Source: Clostridia bacterium
Lineage (GTDB): Bacteria > Bacillota > Clostridia > Oscillospirales > Acutalibacteraceae
Length of the DNA stretch: 21,106 nt
Reading direction: 5' to 3'
NCBI GenBank assembly: GCA_017624735.1
Contig: JAGAMK010000052.1
Location: 1-21,106, forward strand
Shown: one piece after another, positions 14,634 to 21,106 of the stretch
Position numbering within the stretch: the stretch's first letter is position 1
How the letters are laid out: the number at the start of each line of letters is the position of its first letter
Notes under the pieces: model-generated
Seen by the model: the letters and a program-made list of their open reading frames with translations, nothing else
The model's database searches: none
What the model was told of the DNA's origin: nothing
Made by a program: the position numbers and the translations under genes

Positions 14634-15254
14634 ATGGAACATAAGCACATTTGCGATCTGACACCAATAGAATTTGAAAGGTATTGTTATAACTTTTTGA
14701 ATGGATATGCCAAAAAGGAAGGATTGCAGGATTTCAAGATAACTCACAACACAAGAATCAAAGCTTCCGATGGCAAATACCAGATAGACGTTTATGCTGA
14801 GTTTACCGCTATGGGCTCCCGATTCAAAGTTTTGTGTGAATGTAAGAAATACAAAAACAGAGTGAACAGAGATAAAGTCGCCATTCTCCACCGCAAGCTT
14901 GAAAGCATCGGTGCACAAAAAGGCATTTTGATTTCAACAAGCGACTTTCAAAGCGGAGCTGTTGAATACGGAAAAGCACACGGAATTACTTTGATTAAAG
15001 CCGAAGATTATCATTTTGAATATCTTTCCCATTCCAGCGGTCAGCAGCAAAATGATGACAATGATCCGTTCCTTTATGCTGAAAAACATATGCCTCCGTA
15101 TGTTGCATTTGATTGCACTGCTGATACCGAGGAACCTCTTAAAATATATCCCACACGGGAAATGATTAAAGAACTCCTCATAGAACAAAGCCACAAGATT
15201 AAAGAAATATTAGGTATTGACGTACCACTTGATTTTTCAGATATAGATACATAA
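14634..15254 (+). CDS. Mrr-cat-type restriction endonuclease domain protein (206 aa) nested between hsdR and hsdM
   Basis: AGGTGG RBS, 14 nt after the hsdR stop. 'LTPIEFERYCYNFL...DGKYQIDVYAE...FKVLCECKKYKNRVNRDKVAILHRKLESIGAQKGILISTSDFQSGAVEYGKAHGITLI' fits the Mrr_cat D...E-x-K pattern. The C-terminal 70 aa or so are unassigned. Confidence 0.8.
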   Translation: MEHKHICDLTPIEFERYCYNFLNGYAKKEGLQDFKITHNTRIKASDGKYQIDVYAEFTAMGSRFKVLCECKKYKNRVNRDKVAILHRKLESIGAQKGILISTSDFQSGAVEYGKAHGITLIKAEDYHFEYLSHSSGQQQNDDNDPFLYAEKHMPPYVAFDCTADTEEPLKIYPTREMIKELLIEQSHKIKEILGIDVPLDFSDIDT

Positions 15255-15274
15255 GAAAGCGCAGGTTAAATTAT

Positions 15275-16795
15275 ATGAGTAATTTATCAGGATTTGTAAA
15301 AAGAATTCGTGACATTATGCGAAATGATGCAGGTATCAACGGTGATGCCCAACGTATTGAGCAGATCGCATGGTTGCTCTTTTTAAAAGTATATGATGCC
15401 AAAGAGCAGGATTGGGAATTCGATGATGATAGCTATACATCGATCATTCCTGAAGAATGCCGTTGGGCAAATTGGGCAGTAGATGATAAATCCGGTTCGG
15501 CAATGACCGGCGATAGATTGCTTGATTTTGCAAATAATACTCTTTTCCCTGTGCTTAAAGGTAATGATATCAAAGATACTAATGGTAACGTGTTGATAGG
15601 TGGCGTAAAAGTAGATGCATCAACCCCTATTAAAAAAGCTATTGTTCAGACTACCTTTGCTGATGCAAACCAATATATGAAAGACGGCGTTCTTCTTCGT
15701 CAGGTAATCAATGTCATTGATGAACTTGACCTTTCCGACTATGAAGAAAGCCATGCATTCGGTGACATTTACGAGTCAATCTTGAAGGAACTTCAAAGTG
15801 CAGGTAGCGCAGGTGAGTTTTATACTCCTCGTGCTGTTACTGATTTTATGGCACAGATGATTCAGCCGAAAATTGGTGAAGCAATGGCAGACTTTGCTTG
15901 TGGTACCGGCGGTTTTATCACAAGCTGGCTCAAAGAATTGCAAAAGCAAGTGTGCAGTACAGCCGATGCAGAGAAATACGGGAACTCTATTTACGGTATT
16001 GAGAAAAAGCAGTTTCCGTATATGCTTTGTATTACCAACTTGTTATTGCACGGTTTGGATATTCCTCGTGTATATCACGATAACTCTCTCTTAAAAGATG
16101 TTTTGGACTACACAACGGATGACCAATTTGACGTTATCCTTATGAACCCTCCCTACGGTGGTAGTGAAAAGGTAGATGTGAAAAATCACTTCCCGTCCGA
16201 CCTTGCAAGTTCTGAAACTGCCGATCTCTTTATGTCGGTCATTATGTACCGCCTAAAACAGAACGGCCGTGTTGCGGTTATTTTGCCCGACGGTTTCCTG
16301 TTTGGTACAGACAATGCCAAGGTGAACATCAAGAAAAAACTGCTATCAGAATTCAACCTGCATACCGTTATTCGTATGCCGGGTAGTGTTTTTGCGCCCT
16401 ACACATCGATTACTACCAACATTCTGTTCTTTGATCGTACCAAACCCACAGAAGAAACTTGGTTCTACCGTCTTGATATGCCGGAGGGCTATAAGCATTT
16501 CTCCAAAACCAAGCCGATGAAGCTGGAGCATTTTGATCCCGTGGTGCAGTGGTGGAACAACCGTCAGGAGATCACCGTAGATGGTTTTGACAAGGCGAAG
16601 AAATTCACGGTGCAGCAGCTCACCGAAGAACTGGGTTACAACCTTGACCAGTGCGGCTATCCTCACGTCGAGGAAGAAATCCTCGACCCTATGGATCTGA
16701 TCCAGCGGTATCAGGAGGAGCGTGCCTCTCTGAACGCAGAGATTGATCGTGTGTTGGCTGATATTACCGCTATCCTCGGAGGTGGTCAGGAATGA
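15275..16795 (+). CDS. hsdM: Type I R-M N6-adenine DNA methyltransferase subunit (HsdM)
   Basis: HsdM_N-like N-terminus 'IRDIMRND...IEQIAWLLFLK'. Motif I is 'DFACGTGGF' and motif IV is 'NPPYGG'. The stop overlaps the hsdS start (ATGA at 16792-16795). Confidence 0.92.
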   Translation: MSNLSGFVKRIRDIMRNDAGINGDAQRIEQIAWLLFLKVYDAKEQDWEFDDDSYTSIIPEECRWANWAVDDKSGSAMTGDRLLDFANNTLFPVLKGNDIKDTNGNVLIGGVKVDASTPIKKAIVQTTFADANQYMKDGVLLRQVINVIDELDLSDYEESHAFGDIYESILKELQSAGSAGEFYTPRAVTDFMAQMIQPKIGEAMADFACGTGGFITSWLKELQKQVCSTADAEKYGNSIYGIEKKQFPYMLCITNLLLHGLDIPRVYHDNSLLKDVLDYTTDDQFDVILMNPPYGGSEKVDVKNHFPSDLASSETADLFMSVIMYRLKQNGRVAVILPDGFLFGTDNAKVNIKKKLLSEFNLHTVIRMPGSVFAPYTSITTNILFFDRTKPTEETWFYRLDMPEGYKHFSKTKPMKLEHFDPVVQWWNNRQEITVDGFDKAKKFTVQQLTEELGYNLDQCGYPHVEEEILDPMDLIQRYQEERASLNAEIDRVLADITAILGGGQE

Positions 16796-18207
16796 CACCG
16801 CAAGAATTGAAAGCAAGTATTTTGCAGTTGGCAATACAAGGAAAACTTGTTGAGCAATGTCCACAAGAAGGTACAGGTGAAGAATTGTTCCAGCAGATTC
16901 AGGTAGAAAAGCAGGCGCTCATCAAAGCCGGCAAAATCAAAAAAGAAAAGCCACTGCCTGAGATTCAAGAGGATGAGATTCCTTTCGAAATACCAAATAG
17001 TTGGGTTTGGATTAGGTTAGGCACTATAGTTAAAAGCATTTCTGCTGGCGGCGATAAACCTAAAATCTTTTCAAAAAGCAGAACCGCAGAATGTTCAGTG
17101 CCTGTAATATCAAATGGAGAAACCAATAAGGGTATATTCGGATACACGGATAAGGCTGAAATTACAGAGCGAAGTTTAACTGTTTCAGGAAGGGGCACCA
17201 TTGGATATGCCGAGATAAGGACGGAACCATATGTGCCGATCGTAAGACTTCTTGTTATAACGCCACTTGGCCATACATACTTGGAGTATATTAAGATAGC
17301 AATTCAGGCCTCTACTGAATATGGCGTAGGTTCGGCTGTGAAACAACTTACAGTACCTATGCTTGTTCCAAAGTTGATTCCGCTTCCGCCATTAGCCGAA
17401 CAAAAACGGATTGTGGCAAAGATTACGGAACTGATGCCCTATATCGACCGCTACGAACAAGCATGGAATAAGCTAGAGGACTTCAACACGCGTTTCCCTG
17501 TGGAGATGCAGAAATCCATCCTCCAGATGGCCATTCAGGGCAAACTGGTGGAGCAGCGCCATGAAGAAGGCACCGGCGAAGAATTGTTCCAGCAGATTCA
17601 GGTAGAAAAGCAGGCGCTCATCAAAGCCGGCAAAATCAAAAAAGAAAAGCCTCTTCCCGAAATTACAGAAGATGAGCTTCCGTTTGATATTCCGGAGAAT
17701 TGGCGTTGGGTACGGTGGGGTGATTTGTCGCAATCTATCCAGTACGGATATAATGCACCGGCTCAAGAAAAAGGTCGCATCAAAATGGTGCGAATCAGTG
17801 ATATTCAAGATGGAAAAGTGTTATGGGATACAGTTCCGTATTGTGATATCAAAGAAGATGACATCCCCACATACCTGCTTGGTGCAAACGATATTCTTTT
17901 TGCAAGAACAGGTGGTACAGTCGGCAAGTCTTATTTGGTGAAAGAAGTTCCAGAAGAAGCAATATATGCAGGATACCTTATTCGGACACAGTATAGTTCA
18001 CTTTTGTGTCCCGAATACATGAAGTATTTTATGGAGAGCCAGCTGTATTGGGATCAATTGAGAAACGGAACAATTGCAACTGCACAGCCAAACTGTAATG
18101 GCAAGACTTTGTCTAAAATGATCTTGCCACTCCCACCCCTTGCAGAGCAGAAGCGCATTGTTGCCAAACTGGAAGAAATCCTGCCGCTGTGCGAAAAGTT
18201 GAAATAA
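16792..18207 (+). CDS. hsdS: Type I R-M specificity subunit (HsdS), two target-recognition domains
   Basis: Duplicated conserved helices: 'ILQLAIQGKLVEQ...GEELFQQIQVEKQALIKAGKIKKEKPLPEI' (N-terminal and central) and 'PLPPLAEQKRIVAK' (central and C-terminal). These flank two dissimilar TRDs. Confidence 0.92.
   Translation: MTPQELKASILQLAIQGKLVEQCPQEGTGEELFQQIQVEKQALIKAGKIKKEKPLPEIQEDEIPFEIPNSWVWIRLGTIVKSISAGGDKPKIFSKSRTAECSVPVISNGETNKGIFGYTDKAEITERSLTVSGRGTIGYAEIRTEPYVPIVRLLVITPLGHTYLEYIKIAIQASTEYGVGSAVKQLTVPMLVPKLIPLPPLAEQKRIVAKITELMPYIDRYEQAWNKLEDFNTRFPVEMQKSILQMAIQGKLVEQRHEEGTGEELFQQIQVEKQALIKAGKIKKEKPLPEITEDELPFDIPENWRWVRWGDLSQSIQYGYNAPAQEKGRIKMVRISDIQDGKVLWDTVPYCDIKEDDIPTYLLGANDILFARTGGTVGKSYLVKEVPEEAIYAGYLIRTQYSSLLCPEYMKYFMESQLYWDQLRNGTIATAQPNCNGKTLSKMILPLPPLAEQKRIVAKLEEILPLCEKLK
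16879..16952 (+). repeat. 74-nt perfect direct repeat, copy 1 (hsdS N-terminal conserved region)
   Basis: Identical base for base to 17578-17651, an offset of 699 nt (233 codons, in frame). Confidence 0.85.
17578..17651 (+). repeat. 74-nt perfect direct repeat, copy 2 (hsdS central conserved region)
   Basis: Identical to 16879-16952. The flanks encode the same amino acids but differ at most synonymous positions. Confidence 0.85.
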
Positions 18208-18289
18208 GATATAAAGTTGACGATTTTTTGATTTATAAGTAAGGTCTATATAAACAACTAATTTTGAGAAAACAAGGAGATTTAAATTT

Positions 18290-21106
18290 ATGTGGGGAGA
18301 AATAATTTTAGCATTAGGACCTTCCGTTTTAGAAGCTATTGGATCTAAATTGTTAGATCGCAAAAACAAAGTTAAGGTGCAAAATAAACTAAATGATATT
18401 GTCAGCAAGCAATTTGATTGTTTTGCCGATTCTTCTTTGGATAGCGATAGTTTTTATACTCTAATTAAAAGTACCCGCTTTGTCGAAATTATTCGAAATT
18501 ATTTCTTTATGGTTAGAGACAATCAAAGTATCGAAGATTATCGCGCAAATATAGAAGCCTTGATTTGTGACGAATGTAAGTCTGCGAATATCCTCGATGT
18601 AAAAGAATTTGTCAGAAAAATAGAGGCATTATACATAGATTTCTTGAGTAAAATAATAGAAGATTACCCTGGAATCTATGTGGCTTTTCAATTGATGTCT
18701 ATTTCTCACAGAGAGATTATATCCAATATCCGAGGTAGTCAAAACGAATTAAAGAGGTATTTAGCGACATTGGAAAACAGAAAAGTTACTATTAGTGATG
18801 AAAATATCAGGCAGTACCATACAGTTACGGAAAAAGAATTTGGAGAAATTCGATTTACTGGAATTGCAGGTGCGGAACGTCGCAAAGCACAAAATATTAA
18901 CGAATTCTATGTTGAAAATACCTTCTCTTATTTTGGGAAAGAAATCGATCGGCTATATGAGTACAATGATGAAGAAATCGAATCAATAAAATTAAAAGAT
19001 TTTTTTGATTTAGGAAATAAAATTATATTGATAGGTGGGGCCGGACTTGGAAAATCCACTACGCTTAACTATCTTTTTTGTAACTATGAAAAATTGTATG
19101 ATGCCACTGCTTTAAAATTAAAGATAGATTTAAAAGAATATGCCGAAGAAATAGGCGAAAAGAAAAAAGGCGTATTATGGTGTGTTGCCAATGAATTTAG
19201 AAAGCGAATAAAGTATGCGGGTCAAACCACAGAAGAACTTCAGGCAGTAGTTGCTGAAAAACTGAATTCAGGGGCTTGCTTGGTTATATTAGATGCTCTT
19301 GATGAAATTCCTACACAAGCGCTTCGTGATACTGTAAGAAATGAAATCGAAACTTTCACATCGGTGTATTATCTTAATAGGTTTATAATTTCAACAAGGG
19401 AAGCTGGATATTTAAAAAATAGGTTCGATGAAACTTTTCTGCATATAAGAATCAATAAGTTTAATTCTGAGCAAATAAAAAAATATAGTAAGAATTGGTT
19501 TTTGTCAAATTATGAAGACTCAACTGATTTTGATGAGTTTTGGAACAAATTTGAAGATGAAGTTAAAAGAGCAAGATGTCACAACTTGATAAGAAATCCT
19601 ATCATTCTAGTGTTAGCATTGGTAATATTTAATTTTGAAAGTAGTTTACCTACAAGAAGAATAGAATTTTATCAAAAATGTATTGATACCTTTTTGACCG
19701 AACGCGAAAACCGAAAAGCTGCTGTTAAACTAAGTGATAAAACTAAAAGCATTTTGGCAATGAACTTAACTGTTCCTAAAATTGCTTTTTATAGACACAA
19801 TAAATTAATGAAAAACAGTAGTTTTCGGTTTGATTATTCTGAGCTGGAAAAGGCTATTAAGGAAGCAATATCCGTCGAGGATGAAATTAATTGGGCAACT
19901 GCCATAAAACAATATTCCGAATATTTAGTCGAAAGAACAGAGTTAATTCAAGAAATAGACGAGAACCATCTTGATTTTGCACACAAGACCTTTTATGAGT
20001 ATTTCTTGGCCTTTTATTTTTGTAAGATGTGTGATAACAAGGAACTAGTCAATTTGCTTCACAAGTGGATTGGAGATCCAAACTATGATGAGTTGGCTCG
20101 ATTGATTATCGAAGTTGTCATCCAAAATAATGAACCAAAACAGCACGATAAGATAATTGAGTGTTTATTTGAAATGCTCTCCCATAAAAACAGAGATAGA
20201 ATAGAAGGACCGGATACGCGTGATGTGTTTGCGGTTATATCTGACCTCTATACTCACAACTTGTTACAACCTAAATATCAATACAATTACCACAAATTCG
20301 TTTTATATAATCCTCAAATTATAGATCACATGAATTTTAGATACAGACGAAGAGAAGTTAAGAATAATTTGGCTTTATATGATCCTCAAATTGTTAAGGA
20401 TTTATTCTTGGCGGATTATCAAAATGGAAAACTTGTAGATGTGATTGATACTATCGCTTATTTGAATAATGAGTTTAAAAAAGCGGTCATCCCATTAGAT
20501 GCATCAGGTTTGCTTTATAATACTAACGAGTTGTTTATGACCCTTAGGGAGAAAAATAAGAAATCTAAAAATGATATGGATATTATTAAATATTTCACAG
20601 AGGATGGTATCAAATACACCTTAAAGTATCCTCAAATTTTTGTGGCTCTAATATCTTTATCAATAAAAACAAAGACTGCATTACCTATAGAGCAGTTGCT
20701 TAGATACGATTTTTCTCCAAGAAATGTTTTTTACAACTATACTTCACCTGATATCTTGATATCGTTAGTAGAAAACGCAATGAAAAGTAAAGATGATTTT
20801 GCGTTGTTTCTGACCGCAGTTATTGATTGCGCTCTTCAAGCTGCAAATTCAATTTGTAATTTCGTGATAAGCAACCGAAGCGATAGTCGTGATAAAGCGG
20901 TGAGTTGTTTCTATGCACAGTTGTGGAGGGTGTTGAACGAATCAAACTCTGTAGATGAATTTAAGAGCTGGATAAAAGAATTGGGACTTTTCGATGAAAA
21001 ATATGATTATCTGTACGAAAAAATGTATGCTCATTATTCAAGCACGGAAAAAGGTCTTTATGATGAACGCATTAAAAAATTTATAAAAAAAGAAAACATC
21101 AACTAA
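18290..21106 (+). CDS. NACHT-type STAND NTPase (bacterial NLR-like, 938 aa) with unassigned N-terminal (about aa 1-240) and C-terminal (about aa 600-938) regions
   Basis: AAGGAG RBS at 18274-18279. Walker A 'ILIGGAGLGKSTTL' (nt 19034-19057), Walker B 'LVILDALDEI' (nt 19280-19306), 'IISTRE' sensor-like motif, 'IRNPIILVLAL' (NACHT NPLxL-like), winged-helix 'LDFAHKTFYEYFLAFYF'. The ORF ends at the last base of the window. Confidence 0.85.
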   Translation: MWGEIILALGPSVLEAIGSKLLDRKNKVKVQNKLNDIVSKQFDCFADSSLDSDSFYTLIKSTRFVEIIRNYFFMVRDNQSIEDYRANIEALICDECKSANILDVKEFVRKIEALYIDFLSKIIEDYPGIYVAFQLMSISHREIISNIRGSQNELKRYLATLENRKVTISDENIRQYHTVTEKEFGEIRFTGIAGAERRKAQNINEFYVENTFSYFGKEIDRLYEYNDEEIESIKLKDFFDLGNKIILIGGAGLGKSTTLNYLFCNYEKLYDATALKLKIDLKEYAEEIGEKKKGVLWCVANEFRKRIKYAGQTTEELQAVVAEKLNSGACLVILDALDEIPTQALRDTVRNEIETFTSVYYLNRFIISTREAGYLKNRFDETFLHIRINKFNSEQIKKYSKNWFLSNYEDSTDFDEFWNKFEDEVKRARCHNLIRNPIILVLALVIFNFESSLPTRRIEFYQKCIDTFLTERENRKAAVKLSDKTKSILAMNLTVPKIAFYRHNKLMKNSSFRFDYSELEKAIKEAISVEDEINWATAIKQYSEYLVERTELIQEIDENHLDFAHKTFYEYFLAFYFCKMCDNKELVNLLHKWIGDPNYDELARLIIEVVIQNNEPKQHDKIIECLFEMLSHKNRDRIEGPDTRDVFAVISDLYTHNLLQPKYQYNYHKFVLYNPQIIDHMNFRYRRREVKNNLALYDPQIVKDLFLADYQNGKLVDVIDTIAYLNNEFKKAVIPLDASGLLYNTNELFMTLREKNKKSKNDMDIIKYFTEDGIKYTLKYPQIFVALISLSIKTKTALPIEQLLRYDFSPRNVFYNYTSPDILISLVENAMKSKDDFALFLTAVIDCALQAANSICNFVISNRSDSRDKAVSCFYAQLWRVLNESNSVDEFKSWIKELGLFDEKYDYLYEKMYAHYSSTEKGLYDERIKKFIKKENIN

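Noticed and set aside
16346-16864. 172-aa minus-strand ORF antisense to hsdM. The same reasoning applies to 11583-12020, 17473-17808, 17998-18408, 12922-13242 and other listed antisense or out-of-frame ORFs.
   Set aside because: All overlap motif-supported plus-strand genes. None has an RBS or a recognisable domain.
16792-18207. Phase-variable hsdS shufflon
   Set aside because: The repeats within hsdS are direct rather than inverted. The window contains no second or partial hsdS copy and no adjacent invertase or recombinase. Only a deletion or gene-conversion scenario is supported.
18208-18289. Independent promoter for the NACHT gene (TTGACG at 18217-18222 with TAAGGT 17 nt downstream; TATAAA at 18249-18254)
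   Set aside because: The -10 matches are weak or wrongly spaced. I cannot tell from sequence alone whether the gene is co-transcribed with hsdS or has its own promoter, so no feature is called.

Overview
The window looks like Firmicutes/Clostridia-type accessory DNA made of two blocks. All family assignments are motif-level readings of the translated ORFs; no searches were run.

Block 1 (about 265-8600) is an integrative mobilizable element with no type IV secretion genes. In order it carries a Cys-rich 'VLP' protein, a DUF927-like SF3 helicase/ATPase, MobC, a relaxase, a small ORF, a ParB-like protein, three tandem excisionase-like HTH paralogs and a Tn916-type tyrosine integrase. After the integrase come an AT-rich orphan gene with its own consensus promoter and a repeat-dense non-coding stretch (8513-8895) that I read as the element end. 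At the left edge, the minus strand holds the first 21 codons of a chloramphenicol acetyltransferase-like gene.

Block 2 (about 8896-21106) is a cargo/defence-type island. It contains:
- a multi-pass membrane protein with a transglutaminase-like Cys-His-Asp core, preceded by an intrinsic terminator;
- an XRE-family HTH regulator divergent from a YpsA/DUF1273-type SLOG protein;
- an AAA_14/DUF4143 ATPase behind a perfect consensus promoter bracketed by 22-bp direct repeats;
- a Type I R-M operon hsdR-(Mrr-like nuclease)-hsdM-hsdS;
- a 938-aa NACHT/STAND NTPase whose N- and C-terminal regions I cannot assign.

The best candidates for something undescribed are the NACHT protein, the XRE/SLOG/ATPase module, the nuclease nested inside the Type I operon, and the orphan gene next to the integrase.
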